From assembly GCF_018350175.1 (NCBI RefSeq), contig NC_058368.1:44022001-44086000 (forward strand): a stretch of 64,000 bases of DNA. Direction: 5' to 3'. The translations under genes and the position numbers were made by a program. Shown piece by piece: positions 13,144 to 25,759 of this stretch (position 1 is the first letter of the stretch; each line of letters starts with the position of its first letter). The stretch comes from Felis catus. Its lineage: Eukaryota. The notes below the pieces were generated by a model. The model saw only the letters and a list, made by a program, of their open reading frames with translations. It was not told where the DNA came from and did no database searches.

Positions 13144-14367
13144 TTTTTTTTAACTTATGAACAACAATTTATTTGACAGGTGAAGTTGAGAACCTCCCGG
13201 CTATTCCTCAGTGTTGATGAGAAAAGAATTCTAGACAACAGGTTCAGACAGTCTGATTTAATTAGGAAGTTAAGTAAGCTGTGAGTGGAATAGGATAATC
13301 AGAAGATTGGCATGGGACCCCTGGAGGACTGGCCATCTTTGTCATGTAAGAATGGGAAGGAGAACAATTCTTCCTCTCCAAGGTAAGGCACAAGCTATTT
13401 GGCAAAGAGACATGACAAGTGGAACCCCACTGTCAAAGAACATGCCAAGAAGGCCATTTGAAGTCTATGCAGAATGGGACCGTTAAAACCACTTGATCCA
13501 TGGAGGTAAGCATCAGGGAAAGTTGAGGGATTGGGCTGTTGGTAAAAGCTTGTGGTTCATCTGGGAGATGTTGAGTGATGTTTGAGTGCCTCTGCACACT
13601 CTCAAGGAGGCAGCTCAGGATGTCTGGTGCTTTACAGAGCATTTCAGCCACCCCTGCAGCTCCACTTCCACTGGACGCCAGTTTGATCATATTGGCTAAG
13701 GTCAAAGGACCACTGTGCCACTGGGGTCAGCTCCTCTAGCGGCATGCCTAGCTGAGTGGTCTCCTGGTACAGCTGCAATGAATGCTTTTGACTTCTTAGC
13801 TGTCTGTTCAGCTTCCACCTAGCTCTCCTTCTTCTATAGCAAAGGCTTTGGACTCCTTACACATATACACACTCATCTTCTGCCTCTGGCGGCATAATTA
13901 GCTGGGACTTCTCTCCTTTGGCTAGGCCTCCAGAGTGTAGCATTATGCTTCTTTCCGGTGGCTTCCTCCAACTCTTTTCTGGGGTAATTTCCTGCTCCTG
14001 CACTGCCACCTGCTGGGCCTGCTCCACCATCCACACCTGTACCTGCTACTCCTTGGTCTCCTTAGTCTTGGCCACCTGAAGCTAATTGGCCAGGTCAGCC
14101 TGTGCTAGGCTGGTGTTGACCTTGATGTCCAATGTGGCCTTCTTCAACTCTTAGTCCCTCTGCACCTTGGCCACCTCCATGCTACTCAGGTATTGAGCCT
14201 TTTCCTGCTTGGCTGTGGTCTCTCAGATCTCAAAATTTCTCTTGGCCTCTGCTTCCCCAGCCCCAGCATTTTTTGGACTTGAGCCATTGGAGCTTCCCCA
14301 AAGAGGTGCAAATACTGTTGACCATGGTGAATGTCCTTCAGGGTATAACTAACCATGCTAGATGTTC
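13144..14367 (-). pseudogene. FLOT1: Processed (retro)pseudogene of flotillin-1, 5'-truncated at about codon 144
   Basis: Minus-strand translations: [30 protein letters not shown] (FLOT1 [30 protein letters not shown]), GEAEAKR, AKQEK, ELKKA, AQADLA, LQVAKTK, AQQVAVQEQEI, SSGSG, ISQMNHKLLPTA (FLOT1 ISQVNHKPLRTA). No introns; several stops and frameshifts. 3' UTR (ttaacttcctaattaaatcagactg), AATAAA (tttatt 13168-13173) and residual poly(A) (T run 13144-13151) are present. Confidence 0.95.
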
Positions 14368-14399
14368 TTAAAGAATTCACCAGAAGTGGTTGTTGTTAC

Positions 14400-14515
14400 T
14401 GTAATAAAAGTAAATGTCTCTTCTCATTGTCTTGTTTCAGGCAATAAATCCCCCTTTCACATTACTTTTTTCAGTTTTTCTGTTACTTGCAACTAGAAGC
14501 AATTTAAGTTAACTA
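14400..14515 (+). mobile_element. MaLR LTR 3' end fragment
   Basis: aataaatccccctttc...ttttctgttacttgcaactagaagca resembles an MLT1 terminus. Confidence 0.55.
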
Positions 14516-16624
14516 ATCTCATTTTTTTCTGTTTATTTCTTTCTTTTAAATTCAGTCAAGGAGGTTTTCTTGTGACAGTTCAGTAAATTACTACTTAATC
14601 TAGTGAAATAAATACTCTTTATACCTCAGTTGGGGTGTTAAGTTATGTTATATTTTGGACATTCCATGTGTTAGATAAATGGCCATATTTGGCTTTTTTT
14701 TCAGTTTAGTGCATGAAAAAAACAAAACCTTCTACAATAACATAATAAACCTTCCACAATAATAATGATCTGTTTTTCATTCTCTCTCTGCACCTTTATA
14801 TAAAATAACCACTTGTTTCAAAATGAAAAAGCCCACACCCCTCCTCTCTCTACACTCATCTTGTGTAGAGAAAGCTGTCATTTCTGACAATGTGTAACAA
14901 TAGTGCACTTGAATGGGCCAGGACAGATCATTAATTGATGATAATTATGATGAACTTTTGTATAATATTAGCACAGCTTCATAAAAATCAGAGTAACTTA
15001 TCCACTCTAAAAAATAGAAGTCAAATAGTAGATGAAGGTAGTCAGTGAGAGAGGAAGATTATTCTTTTAAGTCTATTGATTTTGTATGAATAAGCTATGC
15101 TGTATATCTTAGAAATAGTACTTGAGAGGTAATTAATATAAAGCATCACTCTCTTTTTCATACCCAGTTATGATCTTTGGGGTCTAGAAATTTTTTTGTT
15201 TGGAACAATAAATTAAATGAGGAGACATTAAACAGATACTTTTATTCAAAATTTCTATCCACTTTCTATATTTTATATATATATCTATATATCTATATAT
15301 ATATATATATATGGAGATAGAGAGAGGGAGACCACAGTATCTGCTAAAATGGCCTGGGTTACCAAAACAAAACAAAACAAATGAACAAAAAAAAAACATG
15401 AGTAAGTATGAAAATTCTAGAATGGGATACTAAGGAGTAATATGTAATTGAGTTTCCTGCACATACATTTATTAATGGAACAGGTAGACATCTTTAGTAA
15501 TTAAAATTATGAAAGTCATTAAAGGCATTTATTTAAACCAGAAAAATCAAAGTGTGTTATCATATTTTTATTTCTCTGATCCATACAATCTGAATGCCTA
15601 TTGATCAAATAACTTGATTTAAAAATAATTGTTTTGCCTTTTTACTGACACATAAAACATCTACATGTGCTATTTAATAGTAGAAACGACACTAATTTGA
15701 ATATCCACAAAGATAGCCAGAAAGAGAATTCAGGCAAACAAAATTTATCTCCCTGTGATAATAATTATGCTACCATAATTTCTAATAGCCCAAGGCCACT
15801 TTTGGATAACATGCAGAAATAATCCATTCTAACAATTTCCAAATTAGCCTACAAATCAACTTTTAACAAAAAGCCTGCCATCGTAATGGATCAGATAATA
15901 GCCCACATTGGGACTTTTGTACACCCCACTTTAAGTCAGAACATATGACTAAACTTTTCCTGTTGCAAGGAAGGTGCTGTGAATTTAATCAAGGGCCACA
16001 ACACCACAGTACAGAATTGTGGCTCAAGTCTAACTCAATATGGTTTGCTTCATAAAAAACCTGGACATTTGGTCCCGGGGTTGATTGGACTGGATCAAGC
16101 TGGGAAGGCATTTTAATTAGTCACTGATTAAGCTTCCTTTCCTGGTGGTCAAAAATAACTAACAATAACATTAATGATAATAAGGGTAAGAAAAATGCAA
16201 TACTATCTTAGAAAAAACAATTTAAATATTTTTTTCAATACCATGATTATGATTTGCACAATAAAATACTAAAGATAAAATGCATTAGAGACAATGAATA
16301 CTATTATATAAGGAAAAAAAACTTAAGATGTCACATTGTTTTTTATTAGGAACCAAATGCTGGAACTAAGAAGTAACTCAGTCTTATTCATTAAGAGTTT
16401 TAGGTAAAATATGACTGTGAATAATGTTTCTTAATTGAAATAATGTATATAATACATGTTATTATTAAGGGATAGTTATTTTACAACCAAATGAGATAAA
16501 ACTGTGGGTTTTTTCCATTCTCTAAACAGCAGCAACTGTGTTCTAATATGAACACTTTGCTTGACATATTTCATGAGAAAAAAAAAAACTAAAGACAAAA
16601 CACAAACACACACAACACACACTC

Positions 16625-16750
16625 ATGGTGACTACATCTATTTTAGTGACCACTGAGTAATATATAGAATGTTGACTCATTAATGTTGTATATCTGAGGT
16701 TAATATAGCATAATGTGTTAATTATACATAGATAAAAAAGAAGAAAAAAC
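16625..16750 (+). mobile_element. Very short L1 3' end (L1MA9/L1_Carn-like)
   Basis: atggtgactacatc...cactgagtaatatatagaatgttgactcattaatgttgtatatctgaggttaatata plus A-rich tail, flanked by acacacactca repeats. Confidence 0.8.
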
Positions 16751-17149
16751 ACACACACACTCAAAAACTCACCACAGTTATATACTTCCATCATGTATCA
16801 TGGAGAGCATCATTAATAACTATTTAATACTGGGCAAAGTAGCCTGGTTGCTCAAAAATTTAAGTATGTACCATCAATATATAAGAGTTTGTAAGCTCAA
16901 TAAAATGCACATTTTTTTTTACAAAAATGCATGGATGGGAAAATAAGATCTCCGTGTCCAACTTCTTTCCTATAATTTTTTGAATTTAAGACGTGTATCA
17001 GTTGGATATGTTTTATATATTTATTTTATACATAAATATGCTATTGAGCTCTAACAAGTCTGTCTAATAAATTATGAAAAAGTCTAATAAATTATGCTTT
17101 GATATATTTCCTCTTTTTGTGGAATAGAAAATTCTGACAATCTGTGCTT

Positions 17150-18435
17150 CTACCTAAAATAACTAGAAAATCCATCAAAACATAGATATGATCTGTTTGA
17201 AGGCAACAGAGTTAATTGTGCCAATCAGAACTAGAGAGGCATGAGCATAGAGCCAGAGAAATATTGGAGTGGTTACCTATGTCCTGTAGCCACTTCTACT
17301 CCAAAATAATTCTTTAAATTTGATTAAAGCAGGAAGTTAAAGATCCAGATGATAGCCCAGGGAGGTAGCACTGTGACTAGACAGAAATGTCAGAAGAATT
17401 TCTGGTGGAGATATGGAACTCCAAAGGCATGACTTGTTTCCATCTTAATACATTTGCTGAATAATGGAGTTACCTGAGATCTATGACCAAAATCATCAGC
17501 AAAAGTTCTCTGACATGCAAACAGGACATTTTTGGAAGATTTATTAGGCAAATATTGGAGTTCAAAAGCACTAGAGCAATAGGTCCACAAAATACAAGAC
17601 AATTGCAGTTGAAAACTCTGGAAACTCAAGGGCAAATCAAAAGTAAATCCAGATTTATCAGGGCACCTGGGTGGCTCAGTCAGTTATGCATCTGAATCTT
17701 GGTTTTGACTTAGGTCATAATCTCAGGGTTCATGGGCTCAAGCCCCACATCAGGCTCTACACTGAGGACATGCAGCCTGCTTGGGATTCTCCCTTTCTCA
17801 CTCTGTCTACCCCTCCTCTTCTCTATCTCTCAAAATAAATAAATAAAAATTAAAAAAAAGTAAACCTAGATTTATAGGAATCTCAATACAGACTCAACTC
17901 AAAACAGTCTATAATTAACGAGAATAGCCATCACTCTATTTGTCTAAAAGAAGGAAAAGTTAATTATTTCTAAAGGAAAATAACATTATCTGAAGATTAT
18001 AAAGTTTTTCTTTATTGAAAATGTCTAACATTGTCAAGCTTTACTAGGCTCACCGATATACACACATGTAAACACAAACACAAAATGTACCTCTTGACTA
18101 GAAATCAAAGAAAAAAAAATAGAATTACACCCATGGGTGATCCACATATTGAGGTTGCGTAACAAAGAAGAAACAAATATCATTTAATAGGTTCCAGAAC
18201 ACACAGAAAATTATTAGAAAATAGAAAGAAATGCATAGAAGATGTAACAGTGGATTGGAATCTACAGAGTGAATTTTAAAAATCTAGATGTTCTAGGACA
18301 TATAGAATTAAGAACTCTAAAAGTAATTTAGCAGATTATATACAGGCAAAAGCACAACAACAACAACAACAAAAGGAACTGGGAGATAGGTCACTTGAAA
18401 GTATACAAATGGAAACATAGGCAAAGAAAAGAGAG
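17150..18435 (+). mobile_element. Old LINE-1 5'/ORF1-region fragment
   Basis: A-rich L1 ORF1-like sequence (tagcagattatatacaggc...aggaactgggagataggtca). Confidence 0.5.
17661..17859 (+). mobile_element. Can-SINE (SINEC)
   Basis: gggcacctgggtggctcagtcagtt head and A tail. TSD aaaagtaaatccagatttat / aaaagtaaacctagatttat. Confidence 0.95.
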
Positions 18436-21394
18436 AGATCATTTTTGCAAAATATAATCTGCTACTGTACAGCTGCCTTTCTGCTAACAAGTGTTTTATT
18501 TCCTCATTTCAACTCTCAATTTAGCTGACACTTGGTGGTAATAAGGGATATGATAGGTCTGTACAAAATTTTGCTTCTTGTGCATTTTTTCTATATTGCC
18601 TCCAATGAAACATTTATATTGATATTGAGACATGTAACCCAATTGAGGGGCACATTGAAACACAGCACAATGAAACACATTGAGGCAAAAAAAAAATCCT
18701 TTGTTCCAAACGTTTACTTCTTTTTTGGTTGTTATTTTGGTCAGAGGATACACAGCACCTGAAGTAGAGCTGTGTCTTCTCAGCCAGGACCCATCTGAAG
18801 CCACTTGGGGCTACTGCCATTTCCTGAAACTTTTCCTCCAAGAATTTTTTCCAAAATCAGTTTTAGATTTCTTTATTATTCTTAAGCAGCATTTTACTGC
18901 ATTAGCAGGTTTAGTTTGTGACAGGAATATATTGTTCTGTCGATATTATATAGCCCAAGCACCTCTATGCCTTATCGTTTCATGTATCCAAATAGCAGCC
19001 TCCAAGGAACAGAAAGCAATCCGCTTTTGAATTCTAAACTCCATCTGAAACAACTGCTTCCTTTCTTTTCCTTTCTGGAGTTGGAGAAGCTACATAGTCA
19101 AATATATTTCTCCCTCATGTTCTCCACAGAAATGTGTATGATTATATTCCCCTTGGATAACTGTTTTAATTTATCCAGTTAAAGAGGGTCCATTTGTTTG
19201 GCCATAAGAAAAGATATTTAGTAATGTCATATGATTTTAAATAGCCAAATATCACAGGCTAGGGACAAGATTCCAGGTTTTCCTGTACAACCATATTTGC
19301 TTTCCTCAATTCTGCCTATTTTGAAGTGTTACTTTTTAACTTCTGCAGGCAAAATGGTAATAGAGTTCCAACTAAAATGTGGAAATGAGATTTGGAAGAT
19401 TCCATCAGTAAATTGGCTTGCTGTTTTTGACCACCTGATAAGATTTAGTCCATTCAGCAAATAAGATAGTGAAATTCTTCTGGGGTTCTACTGGTTCTAA
19501 GAGGGAGGGCTACAAACAGCCCCCAGGTAAGATAACGGCCACCCAAAATCATCATTGATGATATGTTCCCACATTAGCATCAGATCTCCCTAATAGCACT
19601 GCTGGTATTATAAGTCTTTCAGACAACTCTTTTTGTTCTGAACTCCAGGAAAATTCAGATTCATTTCTGGTAACTTTTTGTATAGATGTTAATAAGGTAT
19701 GTGATGTGTATGTGTCCACCAAGATCTAACAATTTTCATGTAGGGCTGAAACACTTTATTTTTAGAAGAATGCAGTGATACATCTTTATAATCATATTGG
19801 AATGTCTTTTGTGGGCTGTGCTTAAGCTATTCTAAAAACTTAACAGAATCATTTGGGTCCTATATTTTATATGGTTTAATTTACCATTAGTCTGTATATA
19901 ATGGATCCCATTAATATATTATATAAGCTATAATAATCAGTCATATATGCCATTCCGTTTCCAAAATTCCTTGGCTTTCTTTTCTGCAAAGACAATGCTA
20001 TAATATAATTAATATAGTGAATCAAATCTATACTTCTCATATCATCAGGTTGTAACAGTATGCTGGGAAATTCAGACACTCTAAGGAAAAAATAGTCAAT
20101 GAACAAAAACAAAAAAAAAAGAAGTAAAGGAAAGAAAAGAAAAAAGAAGAAAAATATGTGCCTGGCTTTCTTCAAAATTGAGATAGAACATAAAAGGAAA
20201 CCTTAGCCAACTCTATGACAGCCTAACAGTCAATTTTATACTTTAGCCTGTCATCATACCTGGCAGCAGATGCTATTAGAGAAACTACGTAATTCAAGCC
20301 ATAAGAGTGAGCATTTACTTTTTAGGAACCATTTAGTTTTCTCAGAGGCCAGTGGGGACTCTTGCAAGTAGAGATATTTTGGGTGTAGTATGCCTACTTC
20401 TGCCATCCTTTCATTGAATACAGATTTTCTGCTTTCAAAAACTCCTAAAGTTTCTATTTAGCATAACGATAAAACAAAGTTCAGACTTACCCAACATCCA
20501 ACTATAAGCCATCCATGATGGTTGCTCCCATTACCATCTCATTCATTTCAATTATGCATCCCGGTTCAAGTGATGCTGCCATTCAATGGTGCAGGTTAAT
20601 CTACAGTTGCACCCTAACATTGCTGCCATAGTGTGAATTTACCATCCAGATTTCAATGTTAGTGTATTTTTCCAGTATATTATGCATCAATACTATTCTT
20701 TCCCAAATTGGTGTTTTCTACCCTATGTTATTTAACTTTAACTATAGCATTCAGCCTTGGAACCCCAGCCGGAAACTTGGTGAAATGATATTGATACTCA
20801 ACTCATTCATCTTCTACACTAGCACATTGAAGGATTGAGTTTATTCAGTAACCTGCTCTAATATCTTGTTTTTTGTTTGTTTGCTTGCTTGTTTTTTAAT
20901 CTCCTTTATCATTACTGGATGTAAGTGTATCCCAAAAGATGAAGGGAACATATTTGACAGGTTCTTTTAGCTTCTGTGTTGCCTGATCAGGGGTTGGTTT
21001 TCCTCCATCCCGATGATAACAACGTGTCACTAGTTTTTTGTAGCAACCACATCAATCTTCTCTTTCTAAATTATCCCCGTGTTGATTTAATCTTACATTG
21101 CCACTTAGTTTAACTCCTTCTTATTTCCATTATTATCATCACCATTTTTATGTCAACCATTCTTCTTATTTTGAATGATTCAAATATTGTTAATACCATT
21201 AAAGACTATATTTGCCTAGTGTCAGTCTTGCCCAGGTTCCAGTATGGTCTCTTGCCCTCTTAAAAGGAGAGTTGAATAAAGGTTTGTGCATGGGGTGACG
21301 GCAACCCATATCACAACTTCTATAATTGGCTACCTCAGGGGCATATCATTTGATTTGCCTTATTACTCATCATTGTATATTCCATTGGTGGTAC

Positions 21395-21868
21395 CTATAA
21401 CTATTGTTAATGTTGTAGCAAGATGCCACAAATTTAGTGGCTTAAAACAATATAACCTTATTATCTTATATTCTTGGAAGTCAGAATGCAAAAATGGGTC
21501 TTATGGGGCTAAAATCAAGATGTCAGCAGAGCTCTATTTCTTCAGTGAGCTCTAGAGGAGAATCCACGTACTGCCCCTTCACGACTTCTGGAGACCGCCT
21601 GCATTGCTTGGCTCCTGGCCTCTTCACTCCAACCAGCTTCTGCTTCTACCATACTTAATTCTCTGACCTTGAGCCTCCTATTTCCCTCTTGTAAACACTC
21701 TCATGGTTATACTGTGTCCTCCAAGGTAATTCAGGAAAATCTCAAGGTCCTTAACTTAATCATATCTGTGGATTCTTTTGCCATATAAAGTAACCTATAC
21801 AGAGATTAGGGGATTAAGGCATAACACGTTGTGTGTGTGTGTGTGGGGGCATTATTCTTCTTGCCACA
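21395..21868 (-). mobile_element. MaLR LTR (MLT1B/C-like)
   Basis: ccacaaatttagtggcttaaaacaa...ttcttggaagtcagaa...aaaatcaagatgtcagcagag...ccttaacttaatcatatctg...ggcattattcttcttgccaca. Confidence 0.9.
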
Positions 21869-22779
21869 GCTTCAAATATGTCTTAACTACTTCTTTGTTT
21901 GATTTTGTTTACTTTGCCTTCTTATATCAGTGGACGTACTACACTTAGGGATTGGCAGCAACGAGAAAATGATACTTCATAGTCATTTTCTACCTTTTGT
22001 GCTTCTCCCCTACCCTTTGTAATCTACTCTGCAACGTCCATTCTGCCTTTTAAGCAGCAGTAGTCATGGATTGGGATTAACAGATTCATGAGAAAAAACT
22101 GGCTTCTTTCCATATCAAGTTTATTTACGTAAAAGCCAAGAAAGGATATTCTCTTTTTCTGAGAGTAAGAGAACCAAATCAGCAGAGCTAAAGTCTATTA
22201 CTACTAGTCTCTATTTCCAGAAACCCAGATATTCTGCAGTCTAGATGTGTGTAATTATAAGAGATGAACATAATTGTTTGAGGAAGAGGTCAGCTCAAAT
22301 AAGCCATGGTTTCCCTTCAGTGATTACCTTTGGCTGGTCACATTATTCCCTTAAGGCTATGTGATGAGCTAGCTTCAAACCTGTCAAGGGATACATAATA
22401 ATGTCCATTTTCTAGTGCAGCTGTATCTCATCATATCCAGTTAGTCATTACTTGATAAACAATGTTGACAATGAGATACAGATGCTTAATTCAGTACATA
22501 GCCCTAGGCTGGAGTCTCTGTTATCATTGATCCAATGTAATCAAATCCTTAATAGTTCCTTGAGTTAATACTGTAAGGTGAATTTAATCAAAAATCAAAT
22601 TTCCAGGTACCCCTGATGTTAGAGGAAAGACTGCCAAGCTAGACATCCACCTTTCCTTTCTAGACTCATCAGATTTTGGAAATGTATGTCCATTACCATT
22701 TAAAATATTGGCTTTCTGTGTCCTCTCTCCTCCTATTCTTGGATTCTACTTACCAATTTTTAGGCTTTCACTGATTTCC

Positions 22780-23346
22780 TAGTGTTTTAGTCTCCTCTCT
22801 CCCTTTCCTCCATCTCACAAGTTGTACTTCTGTTATTACTGACATCTCTTTCACTGAGAGATAGGGTCTTTATTCCCTCCCACTGAATCTGACATTGACC
22901 TTGTGGACTACTTAGACCTTTAGATACAGCAAAAGGGATACTATATGGCTTTTGAGGATACGTCACAAAAGGATATAGCTTCTACCTTTCTCTGAGTAGT
23001 TGCCCTTGGAACCCAATCACCATCCTGTGAGGAAGTCAACAAGGAACATCTGCATGGATTTGCTCAGATAGTAAATAAGGTCCTTTTCACTGTCAGTCAG
23101 CATCTTCCTTCAGACATGTGAATTAGCAAACCTTCATATGATTTCAGCCTTTATGCTTGGAGCCTTCCTTCTCAGACCTCAGATATCATGGAACAGTGAT
23201 AAGTTCCCACTGTAGCCTTTCTGAATTCTTAACCAGTGTTATCTAATAACATAATAGATGAGTGTTTTATTTTTGCTGATGTAGTTTGCTCACAGTTTTG
23301 AGGGAAGCTTTGAAGTAATTTGTTACATTGCCACAGTAACTGTAAA
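22780..23346 (+). mobile_element. MaLR LTR (MLT1G/H-like)
   Basis: tcccactgaatctg, ttggaacccaatcaccatcctgtgaggaag, cagacatgtgaattag and the end motif gtaatttgttacattgccacagtaactg. Confidence 0.8.
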
Positions 23347-23359
23347 AGGGGACTATAAA

Positions 23360-25130
23360 GGAATGAAGGACTGGCTGCCTAGACTGGCTGAATGTGTGCT
23401 TCATGTAAATATGAAGAGTAGTAAGTGGGGAATTCTTTGGAAAGGTTTCATGTGTATTAGTGTGAATGGGAGCGTATGTTGGGGAAATCAGAGGAAGATA
23501 AAATTCTCTATCTCTTCTACATCACAAAAATTTGCCATTACCCTTCCAGATGCAATTACACCAGGCCTTGGACTGTACTTCTTATACATTCTGGTGGAGG
23601 GAGACTTCTCAGGACAGTATTTTAATTCCTCAGAATAATACAACAGTAGATTGAAGAGTGACTTCCCTTTAGAGCCCAAACTAGATCTAATGATGTGTGC
23701 ACCCAATTTACCAGTGGTAAAGACAATCCCATGATTATTTTATTTTTCAAACACAAATTTTTCTAGGGACCAAACCAAAAAGGAAACTCTGGTAAGTCTA
23801 TTCCTGAAACTTAACTTATGGGTAGCCAATACGGATGGCTCAGTTAGAGACTCCCATTCAGAATGTCAAGTCTATATAATAATAGGTAATAAATATAAAA
23901 GGAGGGGAAATTGTCACAGAAAGTAATGAAGCCCATAAATATATAATGATGCTGAGAAAGGATACCATCACTCTCTTCAAAGAACTTCTATCAGAATAAA
24001 AGAATATTCACACTTGTTTGTCTCAGTTGTGGTGCCAATCCATGGCCAATTCCCAAAGACATCCCTGATTTGTTATCCTCTGAGAAGAATTGAATAAATC
24101 CAAGCTATGAAATTTACCTGACAAGTATACTTTGATGATCTGAAGGAAAGACATCAATCTGTGTCCTGTGATATTTCACTTGCATACAGCAGTGTGGAAA
24201 TTTTCATTTGGGTTATATTTTTTTATTATTTTTATAATATTGGTTCCTATTCAGCCTGGAGATAAATCTTCCCTCTGAGCTTGACTAGATTTACTCTGAC
24301 TGGCATACGACATCTGATGCATGTGTTGCTGTGAATCAGAATGACATTCTGTTCAGGCAATTTCCTAGGTATGAAGGACAACACATTTCCTGGGGGACAC
24401 AATTCTAATAGGCAAATACATTATACTTAAATTGCTTCAATGCCACAGTATTCAATAGACATAGCACTTGTAGTAGCTTAATCAACACTGGCCCCAATTC
24501 ACAGGGCCTTGGGGATCTTGGGAACTAGACTGACTGTGTGGACCCAAAGGGAAATTTATTATCTGGAGGTTTGGGCGCCATGATGATGACAAAATAAGTG
24601 CTAGATGGAAACCCTAATGTCATTCACTTCTAGGAAATTGGATATGTTTGCTAATCAACCTAAAAAGCTGACAGAGCTAAACATAACTACTAAAACTAAC
24701 ATTGCATGAATCTCACTGAAAACCCTGGAGAGGGTGTATACCTTCACTAAAGAAAATATTTTTAATGTGTTAATTCCAACTGCTCTGAAATATTTAAGGG
24801 ATGTGGCTGGGAATGCTGGAAGCTCAGCATAGTGAGGTCAATTGATGGAATCCCATGGTCTGACTACATAATGCAAAATCACCACTACCAATTGTGCTAT
24901 TTACTGTGGCACCATCTTTAACACTGTGCCCCAAATTTAAAAGGAACTTATATTGCCTCTGGTACAAGTGATTAAAGCAGTCAGATTAATGATCAACACT
25001 GTATTAACTTCATGTAAGGTAGATGAGTAGCCTTCTTCAGGGATATTTGGAAGTGTGTCAAAGAAAATGTTTTTTGTAGGTTGGTTGTAGTTATGCCCCC
25101 AGATAAGATGGAACTTAGAGTTTACAGAAG
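23360..25130 (+). mobile_element. Highly decayed ERVL-like internal region (gag-pro-start of pol)
   Basis: 24495-24655 loosely follows the recalled ERVL protease region (ttc..gggc..gat..ggg..ctgac..ggacccaaa..ggaggt..gtcattc..aattgg). An RT-start-like gatgga..tgg..gactac follows near 24845. No intact ORF. Confidence 0.4.
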
Positions 25131-25759
25131 AGTGGACTCTGAGGACTCTAAGGAGATATAGAGTATATGAGAAAGAGCAGTTTTGCTTGTTTGTTTTCTA
25201 AGAAGAAATAAAACAATAATATTATTACTAACTAATGTGTGGTATGTTAGTCATTACATTAACTCTTCAACAACTCTATAGGGTAAAAAAAGTATTTTTG
25301 GTTGAAATGTATAGTTAAATAAGAATAAAAGTCTATAGAAAATGATCTCCAAGAAAAATGCACACTTCGAATAGTTGACTTAAAATTCAAGCTGATATAA
25401 TATCCATGGAAACTAATAACAGAAAAAGGAAGAAATAAACAGCTTTGGTAAAAACACACATAGAGTTAAATACTTATATCAATATGTGTAGAAATTTGCA
25501 AGAAATAGTAGGTAAAGTTATATGAAAAATAGGCCAGTTGGTAAAGGATTATCAGAAAGCTTATTAGGGATATGGTCATGTTTAATGTGTTTCACAAGAG
25601 AGTTCTAATTTTGTAATTTTTCCCCTTCAGGGTTTTTAGTTTTGCATTGCTTTCATTTTGTTTCTGTTTTAATTTCTGGCTAAGCTGTAGCAAGGATGTC
25701 AAGGATTAGGATGTGAGTAAAATGGAAGACATAGATTAGAATAAGGTTCTAAGATTTTT

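Noticed and set aside
13433..14380. Functional FLOT1 retrogene or short coding ORFs
   Set aside because: The N-terminal ~143 codons are missing, and multiple stops and frameshifts break the frame.
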